64,000 nt of DNA from Thermodesulfobacteriota bacterium (GTDB taxonomy: Bacteria; Desulfobacterota; DSM-4660; Desulfatiglandales; HGW-15): positions 18,210 to 82,209 of the forward strand of contig JBHPCX010000004.1 in NCBI GenBank assembly GCA_042573485.1, written 5' to 3'. A program made the translations under genes and the position numbers. Shown in pieces: positions 57,052 to 64,000 of this stretch (position 1 is its first letter; each line of letters opens with the position of its first letter). The notes beneath the pieces are model-generated. The model did not search any database and was not told the origin of the DNA. It worked only from the letters and a program-made list of their open reading frames with translations.

Positions 57052-57498
57052 ATGAGTAAAGTGAAATATGATAAATTTATTGTCCAGGGCATAACCCCTG
57101 AAATGAAGAAGATGTCCTATCCGGGAAAACCTCAGGACATCCCTCCTGAAAACGCGAAAAGAATAGCCTGGATGGATGATCATGTTGTAGAGGGATCATT
57201 TTATACAGAGGCTGTCTGGATATGGAAGGGTGATGAAGGGTCTGTGGAAAAGCCCCACATCCATGATTTCGATGAAGTAATCACCTTCTTTGGTTCTGAT
57301 TTTGAAAATCCCGATGAACTGAACGGGGAAATTGAATTCTGGTATGAAGATGAAAAGCATATTTTTACCAAAAGCGTTATGCTCTTTATCCCGAAGGGGC
57401 TGAAACACTGTCCTCTTATCATCAGGAGGGTGGACAGGCCCATTTTCCATTACACCGCGGGAACCGGAAGAAGCCATGTCCAGGATATAGCAGGTTGA
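57052..57498 (+). CDS. Uncharacterised cupin-like protein, single module (paralog A, HCP subtype)
   Basis: Cupin motif 1 is PHIHDFDEVITFFG and motif 2 is IPKGLKHCP. Shares the AVWIWKG strand and the RVDRPIFHY tail with paralogs B and E. Confidence 0.8.
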   Translation: MSKVKYDKFIVQGITPEMKKMSYPGKPQDIPPENAKRIAWMDDHVVEGSFYTEAVWIWKGDEGSVEKPHIHDFDEVITFFGSDFENPDELNGEIEFWYEDEKHIFTKSVMLFIPKGLKHCPLIIRRVDRPIFHYTAGTGRSHVQDIAG

Positions 57499-57501
57499 AA
57501 A

Positions 57502-57975
57502 ATGTCTGAATCAAAATTTGCTAAAAATATAGTAACCGAAGATTTAATGCCGCCTTTTCCCGAACCGGTTTTAAAAATGCTGGATAAACAGGAGAAGGAG
57601 GGTAAATATCTGGACAGGACATTAATGTTCGGCATTAATGATTCAATTGTTAAAGGGTCCTTTTTTTCAGGTTGTGAGTGGCTCTGGGAATTGAAGGACG
57701 GGAAACCCTTCCAGATTGAAGCAGCCCACTCCCATGATTTTGATGAGGTTATTGGTTTGATAGGGTCCCGGAGAGAAAACCCCAGGGAACTTGGAGGGGA
57801 AGTGGAATTCTGGATTGAGGATGAGAAACATATCCTAACAAAGAGCTGCCTGATGTATATCCCGAAAGGTACCATGCACTGTCCCCTTATTATCAACAGG
57901 ATTGACAGCCCGATTTTTCTATACGAGGCAGGGAATGACACTTTCTACAAAAGAAATATATCAGAACAGGAATAA
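57502..57975 (+). CDS. Uncharacterised cupin-like protein, single module (paralog B, HCP subtype)
   Basis: Blocks are AHSHDFDEVIGLIG, NPRELGGEVEFWIEDEKHILTKS, IPKGTMHCP and RIDSPIFLY. Starts 4 nt after paralog A. Confidence 0.8.
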   Translation: MSESKFAKNIVTEDLMPPFPEPVLKMLDKQEKEGKYLDRTLMFGINDSIVKGSFFSGCEWLWELKDGKPFQIEAAHSHDFDEVIGLIGSRRENPRELGGEVEFWIEDEKHILTKSCLMYIPKGTMHCPLIINRIDSPIFLYEAGNDTFYKRNISEQE

Positions 57976-57984
57976 AGGGGAGTC

Positions 57985-58890
57985 ATGAATATGATTGAAC
58001 AGGATGTTTCAAGTTATTTGATTGACAGGCCAATTAAAAGGGACCTGAAGGGCAGGAACCATGGACAGCTTTTAACATATGCCAGTGACTCCCAGATTCC
58101 CGGTCTTCAGTACTATACTCAGATCCGCTGGATAACAGGAATGCCTGAATCGATTCCTGGAGACAGGGCGTTAGTATGTGACAGTGATAAGGTGGTTTTA
58201 TTCTGGGGCAATGACTATAAAGATCCGGAGAACCTTGGCGCGGACATTGAATTTCAGCTTGATGGAACCGTATTGCAATTTAACAGCTCAAGCTCGATCT
58301 TTGTACCAGCTGGTGTAAGTCATGGTCCTGCGATCTGGAGAAACCATGAAACTCCTCATGTGGAGATGACAATACTCATTAACAGGGGTAACCTTAAGGG
58401 TGTAACCTCAACTGATAAAGTATCTGAGTTGAGACATGTATCTGACCCCGGGAAATATATTGTCCGAAAACCTGCATACGAGGTTGTGGCTCCTACCCCC
58501 ACGAAAAACAGGATGCATCCTTCAATGACCTTTATGAGTAATAATCTTGTTCCCGATTCGAATACCTATCTCGAATTCAGCTGGATATGGGGTATGCCTG
58601 ATCCTGATCCGCATATTATGGAACATGTACATGAAGACAGTAACGAGCTTGTGTTTCATATAGGGGCCAATCCTGATGACCCTGAAGAACTGGGAGCGGA
58701 AATAGAAATATTTCTTGACGGCAAACCTCTTATGATCAAAAAGACTTCCGCCCTTTATGCACCTAAAAAGATAAGTCATGGACCTCTTAAATGGAAGAAC
58801 TACACAAAACCCCATATTGAGATGGCCATTATTTTTGATGCCGGTGTTCTCGCCCAGTCAGATCCTGGCGGGCACCAGAAGAATCTTTAA
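57985..58890 (+). CDS. Uncharacterised two-module (bicupin-like) protein (paralog C, HGP subtype)
   Basis: The N-module has a degenerate site (LVCDSDKVVLFWG ... VPAGVSHGP). The C-module is intact (EHVHEDSNELVFHIG ... APKKISHGP). Both have the ...W-I-x-G-M-P strand. Confidence 0.8.
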   Translation: MNMIEQDVSSYLIDRPIKRDLKGRNHGQLLTYASDSQIPGLQYYTQIRWITGMPESIPGDRALVCDSDKVVLFWGNDYKDPENLGADIEFQLDGTVLQFNSSSSIFVPAGVSHGPAIWRNHETPHVEMTILINRGNLKGVTSTDKVSELRHVSDPGKYIVRKPAYEVVAPTPTKNRMHPSMTFMSNNLVPDSNTYLEFSWIWGMPDPDPHIMEHVHEDSNELVFHIGANPDDPEELGAEIEIFLDGKPLMIKKTSALYAPKKISHGPLKWKNYTKPHIEMAIIFDAGVLAQSDPGGHQKNL

Positions 58891-58917
58891 TGCAGCCCGT
58901 TCCTTAAGGAAAGAAAA

Positions 58918-59826
58918 ATGAATCAAACAAACTATGAAAAGTATATGGTAAGGAGCCCTCTCAGGGAAATTGGTAAAGATGTCAAAGGACGAAGTGCTCC
59001 CGCAATGACTTACATGAGCAATGACCTTGTTGAAGGTTGTAACAAGTATATCGATATAAGCTGGATATATGGAATACCGGAGCCCAATCCCCATGTCTTT
59101 GAACACGCTCATGAATATGACAAGATAGTCTTCTTTGTTGGAGGAGATCCATATAATTTAGAGAGCCTCGGCGGTGAGATAGAATATTACCTCGGCGGAC
59201 AGCCGATAAGCCTGAACACAACATCGGCTCTGTACATTAAGAAGGGTGTTAGGCATGGTCCGGTGACATGGAAGGACTTTCCAAGGCCCCATCTGGAGAT
59301 TTCTATTATTCTTGGACCTGAAAAGAATAAAGCAGGCTGGTCAGCTGAAGAAGTCACCGGTCAAAAACAGCCTGAAAAATCGGATGATGTGGATTATGAA
59401 AAGTATGTTGTAAGAAAACCTGCCATTCTTCAGGGAACCGATGTAACAGAGGCGATGAAAAGTCCCGCCCGGATATATATGAGCAGTGATCTTGTTCCGG
59501 AAAGCAGTGTGTATGTGGATTTCGGCTGGATACCAGGTATGCCCGGACAAAATCCGCCCATACCTGATCACTCCCATGATTATGAAGAGGTAGTATTGCT
59601 TGTTGGAAATGATCCTGAGAATCCTGAAATACTCGGGGCTGAAATCGAGTTCTGCATAGATGATCAGCCCCTGACATTTGATACAACCACGGCAATATAT
59701 GCCCCAAGGTCTCTCAAGCACGGTCCCCTTACATGGAAGAAATTCGAAAGGCCCCATTTGCTGATGCCAATAGTAATCGGAACAGGATCTCTGGCTGAAG
59801 CAGCGCCGGCAGGGTATAAGGAATAA
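58918..59826 (+). CDS. Uncharacterised two-module (bicupin-like) protein (paralog D, HGP subtype)
   Basis: The N-module reads EHAHEYDKIVFFVG ... IKKGVRHGP (Glu position replaced by Lys). The C-module reads DHSHDYEEVVLLVG ... APRSLKHGP. Each half opens with YEKY[MV]VR[SK]P. Confidence 0.8.
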   Translation: MNQTNYEKYMVRSPLREIGKDVKGRSAPAMTYMSNDLVEGCNKYIDISWIYGIPEPNPHVFEHAHEYDKIVFFVGGDPYNLESLGGEIEYYLGGQPISLNTTSALYIKKGVRHGPVTWKDFPRPHLEISIILGPEKNKAGWSAEEVTGQKQPEKSDDVDYEKYVVRKPAILQGTDVTEAMKSPARIYMSSDLVPESSVYVDFGWIPGMPGQNPPIPDHSHDYEEVVLLVGNDPENPEILGAEIEFCIDDQPLTFDTTTAIYAPRSLKHGPLTWKKFERPHLLMPIVIGTGSLAEAAPAGYKE

Positions 59827-59952
59827 TAAAAGCGGTTTATCCGTCGACACCAAAAGGATAAGGCGGGTTAAAAAATTTAAAAAATGGCTAGTTGTAGAAT
59901 ATAATACGGTGTCAGAACTTTTTCATAATCATATCTGATCCCCTTTTTCCCA

Positions 59953-60030
59953 GTGTTTTGATTTTTTAAAGATTAACAGCTCTACCCGGTATCAAGAAAT
60001 TAAATCCATAATCTTTTAAAATCAAAACAC
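59953..60030. repeat. Imperfect 21-22-bp inverted repeat gtgttttgattttttaaagatt / aatcttttaaaatcaaaacac, 35 bp apart, in the spacer before the fifth cupin gene
   Basis: Read directly. The outer 13 bp are perfect, followed by a 1-nt length difference in the T/A run. The GTGTTTT core also begins the 20-bp motif at 53892 and 61651. Confidence 0.7.
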
Positions 60031-60126
60031 GCGGTTTATTCAGGAGGCTATCTGCAGATATAATTATGAAAAAATCTGACAACTCCTTAAAAAAAATAAA
60101 CGCTTTTATTAATTTGGAGAAAATAA

Positions 60127-60567
60127 ATGGGAAAAATGGACAGCAGGTATTTTGCGACAAAGCCCAGGAATAACATACCTTCTACTCCATGGGACCCTGT
60201 TTTTAAACCTGATGAAGCAACACGTATGATGTATCTTGATAAGACCATCCTTGAAGGGGCTTTTTATCTGGAATGCGCCTGGTTCTGGCCGGGAGAATGG
60301 CCAAAGGGTAAAAACTGGAGTGAACATGGTGTAAAGTCTCATGTACATGATTATGACGAAGTAATAGCATTTTATGGCACTAATCCCGAAGATCCTGAAG
60401 ATCTTTGCGGTGAAGTAGAATTGTGGATAGGCGGAGAACAGAATATAGCGGATAAAAGTTTTGTGGCCTTTATCCCAGCAGGAATTGAACACTGTCCGCT
60501 AAACATCCTGAGAGTGGACAGGCCGATTTTTCATTTTTCAACCGGTCCCGGGAAAAGTTATTTTTAA
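60127..60567 (+). CDS. Uncharacterised cupin-like protein, single module (paralog E, HCP subtype)
   Basis: Blocks are SHVHDYDEVIAFYG, NPEDPEDLCGEVELWIGGEQ, IPAGIEHCP and RVDRPIFHF. Confidence 0.8.
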   Translation: MGKMDSRYFATKPRNNIPSTPWDPVFKPDEATRMMYLDKTILEGAFYLECAWFWPGEWPKGKNWSEHGVKSHVHDYDEVIAFYGTNPEDPEDLCGEVELWIGGEQNIADKSFVAFIPAGIEHCPLNILRVDRPIFHFSTGPGKSYF

Positions 60568-60578
60568 AGGAGGAAGGT

Positions 60579-60890
60579 ATGATACGTGCATCTGTGTATT
60601 ACCCGTCAGGAGAAGGAAAAATTGATATGGATTATTATCTTAATACCCATATCCCTCTTGTTGAAAAATTAATGGAACCCTACGGTCTTGTGAAAGTTGA
60701 AGTTGATAAAGGTATAGGGGGCGGAAAACCAGGGGAAGCGGCACCCTTTGTTACTATAGCTCAAATGGTGTTCAATTCCATGGAAGAATTTCAAAAGGGG
60801 TCTGAAGTCCATGAAGGCGAGTTTGCCGCTGACGTGAAAAATTTTACTGATATAAAGCCGTTCTTTCAGGTCAGTGAAATAGTAAAATAG
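60579..60890 (+). CDS. EthD-family (dimeric alpha/beta-barrel, TIGR02118-like) protein
   Basis: 103 aa. MIRASVYYPSGEGKIDMDYYLNTHIPLV...APFVTIAQMVFNSMEEFQKG...DVKNFTD fits the EthD pattern. An AGGAGG RBS sits upstream. Confidence 0.7.
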   Translation: MIRASVYYPSGEGKIDMDYYLNTHIPLVEKLMEPYGLVKVEVDKGIGGGKPGEAAPFVTIAQMVFNSMEEFQKGSEVHEGEFAADVKNFTDIKPFFQVSEIVK

Positions 60891-61059
60891 TGTCCATTCA
60901 GCACGCCAGTTCGAAATGATTAATTATGTCACCTTGCTGGCCATTATGATTAAAAAGAACCTTGTTCCTTGTTAAAATACCCTTTATTATGTATATTATC
61001 GGATAATTTGAGTAGGATTTTAATGCAAAGAATCAGGTCAACCCGGATGGAGGTGGGGT

Positions 61060-61497
61060 ATGTTACTGGATGATATAGATCGAGCATTAATAAAAGAACT
61101 TGAAAAGGATGCAAGAGTTAGCAGTGATGTTTTGGCCAGGAACCTGAACATCAGCTCGACAACAATAAGGCGGAGAACCAGGAGGCTTATTCAGGAAGGC
61201 ATTATTAAGATTGTAGCTATCCCTGATCTGAAAAAACTGGGCTTTTCGGTAATCGTTGGGATACGGATGGAACTGGATCAGAAAAAGATCGACAATGTTA
61301 CCAAAGAATTGATAAAACACCCGAATGTCAGGGGTGTGTGGACAATAACAGGCAGGTATAATCTTTCTTCAATGGCGGTTTTTCGATCCACGGAGGAATT
61401 TTCAGAATTTATGCGTAATGTTGTCGGGGATCTGGATGGTTTGAAATCGGTTGAAACACACATTTATCTCGAACTTATCGGTTCTCAGGCCGAATAA
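61060..61497 (+). CDS. AsnC/Lrp-family transcriptional regulator
   Basis: The HTH is LDDIDRALIKELEKDARVSSDVLARNLNISSTTIRRRTRRLIQEGII, followed by a C-terminal RAM/ACT-like domain. Confidence 0.88.
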   Translation: MLLDDIDRALIKELEKDARVSSDVLARNLNISSTTIRRRTRRLIQEGIIKIVAIPDLKKLGFSVIVGIRMELDQKKIDNVTKELIKHPNVRGVWTITGRYNLSSMAVFRSTEEFSEFMRNVVGDLDGLKSVETHIYLELIGSQAE

Positions 61498-61650
61498 TAT
61501 ATAAGTATGTTAGGGATTATTTGCTCTTTTCATATTCTTGTTTTTTATTTAACTAACCAGACACAATCCATAAAAATTCCCCGGAGATAATAATTTGATT
61601 TTTAGTGTGCATGTCCGGGAAATATTCATTCATATTTTTTTATTAATCAA

Positions 61651-61670
61651 CCTGTGTTTTAAATATATTT
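61651..61670 (+). promoter_or_regulatory. 20-bp motif cctgtgttttaaatatattt, copy 2
   Basis: Identical to 53892-53911. It lies 42 nt upstream of the AOR2 start and overlaps the expected -35 region of a cataat -10 element at 61688-61693. Confidence 0.6.
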
Positions 61671-61711
61671 TCTAAATTATTCCTGATCATAATCTTTAAA
61701 GGAGGGGAGAT

Positions 61712-63574
61712 ATGTATAAAGGAGGATATACCGGGAAAATACTGAGAATCAATCTGTCTGATCAGTCGGTTAAAACTGAGAGTCTGCCGGAAGACCTGGC
61801 CAGGATGTTTATCGGTGGAGCGGGATTCGGTATTAAATTATTGTTTGATGAGGTCGGGAAGGGCACTGACCCCCTGGGGCCTGAAAACAAATTGATCTTC
61901 GCGTCCGGCCCATTCTCGGGCACATCGGTACCCTGCGCGAGCCGTATGGCGATCACAGGTAAATCCCCCCTTACTGGCGGGGTTGGCGTATCTCTTACAG
62001 GCGGATATTTCCCTGTTGAGTTGAAATTCGCGGGCTATGATATCATGATTATCGAAGGAAGATCTGAGGAGCCTGTGTACATATCCATCAAGGACGGGAA
62101 TGTAAAATTCAGGAGTGCCAAAAAAGTATGGGGGATGAAGACAACCGATACCCAGCAGATAATAAAAAATGAATTGAATGATCAGAACACAAGAATAGCA
62201 TGTATAGGCCCTGCCGGTGAAAATCTAAGTAAACTGGCCTGCATTATAAATGAACTGAGGGCGGCAGGCAGAAAAGGGCTGGGAGCTGTAATGGGTTCTA
62301 AGAACCTGAAGGCAATAGCTGTAAGGGGTACCGGAGAAGTAGATATCGCGTCAAAGGAAAAACTGAAAACAGCAAGAGATTTTATGGCAAAGCAAATGAA
62401 TGACAGTGAAGTCCTTTATCCACATTTTGCAAAACTCGGAACTCCCATGGTTGTCGATGCCTTGAGCGGTCTTGGAATATTCCCCGGAAAAAACTTTGAA
62501 GAAACGGGGGTATTCGTTCCCGTAGAAGAAATTGGTGTTGAGACCCAGGTTACCAGGAACATGGGCAGTGAACACTGTTACGGATGCCCGGTCGGGTGCA
62601 GCCAGCTGAAGCTTGCGAAAACAGGAGAATATTCAGGTATTATGGCTGAAGGCCCTGAATTTGAAACAATGTATTCCTTTGGCGGGACAACAGGTGTGGA
62701 TAATATTGATGCCATTATCGCGGCCGACAGGCTGTCTGACGAACTGGGGCTGGATACGATTTCAGCGGGAGCAACAATAGCCTTTGCCATGGAGCTCTTT
62801 GAAAAAGGGATCATAACCCTGGAAGATACGGGCGGAATAGATCTGAAATTCGGAAACCACAGGGTAATGGTGGATATGCTCAGGCTGATGGCCTACAGGG
62901 AAGGTTTCGGTGATGTTTTGTCAGATGGCACCAGGATCGCGGCTGAAAGAATAGGCAAAGGATCAGAAAAATATGCCATGCATGTAAAGGGTCTTGAACT
63001 GCCCGGTTATGATGTCAGGGGGGCAAAGGCCCATGGACTTAATTATGCCACATCATACACTGGTGCTGATCATAACAGGGGTTACGCGTTCCAGGAAATA
63101 TTCGGCATACCTGTACCTGAAGCAGTTGACAGGTTTGCCGCGGAAGGAAAGGGGAAACTCACTAAATGGAACCAGGATGTAAGGTCTGCCACATGTGATA
63201 CCCCTACCATGTGTGCCTTTTTACTCGATATGGCTGTACCGGGAGTTGCCACCCAGAATACGGCGAGTTTGATGGAGGCTGTTACGGGCCTTGAATTTAC
63301 ACCGGAAGAGGTTGAAAGAGTAGGAGAGAGGATAAACAACCTCGCGAGGTTATTTAACGCCCGGGAAGGCATGACAAGGGATGATGATAACCTCCCGGAA
63401 AGAATAATGACCGAACCTATAAAGGATGGTGTTTCAAAGGGAAATTTTATCAGCAAGGATGATCTGAACCTTATGCTGGATGAATATTATACTGCCAGGG
63501 GATGGGACCTCAAGACAGGTACGCCTACCAAGGAGAAACTCGAGGAACTGGGATTGGGGGATGCGGTCGAATAG
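61712..63574 (+). CDS. Aldehyde:ferredoxin oxidoreductase (tungstopterin AOR family), copy 2
   Basis: 620 aa with GKILRINLSDQSVKTESLPEDLARMFIGGAGFGIKLLFD, the cluster motif CYGCPVGC and GLDTISAGATIAFAMELFE. Confidence 0.9.
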   Translation: MYKGGYTGKILRINLSDQSVKTESLPEDLARMFIGGAGFGIKLLFDEVGKGTDPLGPENKLIFASGPFSGTSVPCASRMAITGKSPLTGGVGVSLTGGYFPVELKFAGYDIMIIEGRSEEPVYISIKDGNVKFRSAKKVWGMKTTDTQQIIKNELNDQNTRIACIGPAGENLSKLACIINELRAAGRKGLGAVMGSKNLKAIAVRGTGEVDIASKEKLKTARDFMAKQMNDSEVLYPHFAKLGTPMVVDALSGLGIFPGKNFEETGVFVPVEEIGVETQVTRNMGSEHCYGCPVGCSQLKLAKTGEYSGIMAEGPEFETMYSFGGTTGVDNIDAIIAADRLSDELGLDTISAGATIAFAMELFEKGIITLEDTGGIDLKFGNHRVMVDMLRLMAYREGFGDVLSDGTRIAAERIGKGSEKYAMHVKGLELPGYDVRGAKAHGLNYATSYTGADHNRGYAFQEIFGIPVPEAVDRFAAEGKGKLTKWNQDVRSATCDTPTMCAFLLDMAVPGVATQNTASLMEAVTGLEFTPEEVERVGERINNLARLFNAREGMTRDDDNLPERIMTEPIKDGVSKGNFISKDDLNLMLDEYYTARGWDLKTGTPTKEKLEELGLGDAVE

Positions 63575-63582
63575 TGCACATT

Positions 63583-63873
63583 ATGATTAGAGTAAATTTA
63601 TACACCATACTGGGAATAAAAGATATCATCGGAGAGAGAGAAGTTGGAATTGAAGTCCCTGATAATTCCAGTCTTTCAGGTTTAATAACGGAGATTGTTA
63701 ATCGATGGGGAAATGGTATATCGGAAGTGCTTTTCGAGCCGGAAAGCAAAAAGATAAAGGCACATTTACGCCTTATGGTAAACGGCCAGGACATCAGCTT
63801 TCTGGACGGACTGGATACAAGGCTCAAGGATGGTGATGAGGTGATGATATTTCCGCCGGTGTCGGGGGGGTAA
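63583..63873 (+). CDS. MoaD/ThiS-family ubiquitin-like sulfur-carrier protein (C-terminal Gly-Gly)
   Basis: 96 aa ending in ...DGDEVMIFPPVSGG*. ATG 63583 lies 9 nt after the AOR2 stop. The track start at 63502 overlaps AOR2 and is unlikely. Confidence 0.8.
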   Translation: MIRVNLYTILGIKDIIGEREVGIEVPDNSSLSGLITEIVNRWGNGISEVLFEPESKKIKAHLRLMVNGQDISFLDGLDTRLKDGDEVMIFPPVSGG

Positions 63874-63883
63874 ATCTAAAATA

Positions 63884-63925
63884 TGAACTTCGAACGTTGA
63901 ACTTCGAACTTCCAACTTTGAATGA
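63884..63925 (+). repeat. Period-7 degenerate tandem array, run A (tgaactt cgaacgt tgaactt cgaactt ccaactt tgaatga)
   Basis: Read directly. It begins 11 nt after the MoaD-like stop. Confidence 0.85.
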
Positions 63926-63940
63926 AATACATTACTTTTA

Positions 63941-63980
63941 TTGGACGTTGAATGTTGAACGTTGAGAGTTCAATGTTCAG
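63941..63980 (+). repeat. Period-7 degenerate tandem array, run B (ttggacg ttgaatg ttgaacg ttgagag ttcaatg ttcag)
   Basis: Read directly. Its 3' part forms the terminator stem. Confidence 0.85.
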
Positions 63981-63987
63981 TTTTTTT
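63957..63987 (+). terminator. Rho-independent terminator of the AOR2/MoaD-like operon
   Basis: A 9-bp stem gaacgttga / tcaatgttc (one G-U pair) with a 4-nt loop, then ag + ttttttt. Confidence 0.65.
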
Positions 63988-64000
63988 CTTTCCTACATCC

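Noticed and set aside
1-64000. Search for tRNA, rRNA, transposase, integrase or prophage genes.
   Set aside because: None was recognised in any intergenic region or ORF translation. The window appears to be chromosomal backbone plus a metabolic island, not a classical mobile element.

Overview
This 64-kb chromosomal window has about 42% GC and a gene content that looks like an anaerobic deltaproteobacterium (Desulfobacterota-like). That taxonomic guess is an inference from gene content only. All family names below come from reading motifs in the translations; no search was run.

Layout, left to right:
1. tolB(partial)-pal-ybgF, a ClC channel, a small AT-rich islet with an HTH gene missing from the ORF track, and peptidoglycan-turnover genes (DUF1343/NamZ-like, MltD-like).
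2. A J-domain/zinc-finger protein and a GHMP kinase.
3. A 12-kb type II secretion-like operon: LTXXQ-like protein, then gspE-F-G-H-I-J-[hairpin repeat]-K-L-M-(C/PilP-like)-D. It sits behind a well-matched sigma-54 promoter. A pilT / pilT-pilU-like / zinc-ribbon pseudo-receiver operon converges on it.
4. Housekeeping genes: GNAT, a pyruvate-carboxylase-B/OadA remnant, pckA, icd, an XRE module, glnS, VanZ, YihY, PP2C, DUF2284, rubrerythrin-like, a LysM protein, smc and ftsY.
5. A 20-kb catabolic-looking island (44.3-63.9 kb) containing two paralogous TRAP solute-binding proteins, a full dctPQM, two aldehyde:ferredoxin oxidoreductases, IclR and AsnC regulators, an MFS exporter, an Fe-S aldo/keto reductase, EthD and a MoaD/ThiS-like protein.

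The best candidate for something undescribed lies in that island: five tandem genes encoding seven copies of one cupin-like module that I cannot assign to a named family.

Other non-coding signals:
- A 20-bp sequence repeated exactly upstream of the TRAP-cupin operon and upstream of AOR2.
- Period-7 degenerate repeat arrays in two 3'-UTR positions.
- A 16-bp perfect long-range stem in the tolB-pal spacer.
- An 18-bp tandem repeat inside pal.

I saw no rRNA, tRNA, CRISPR array, transposase or integrase.
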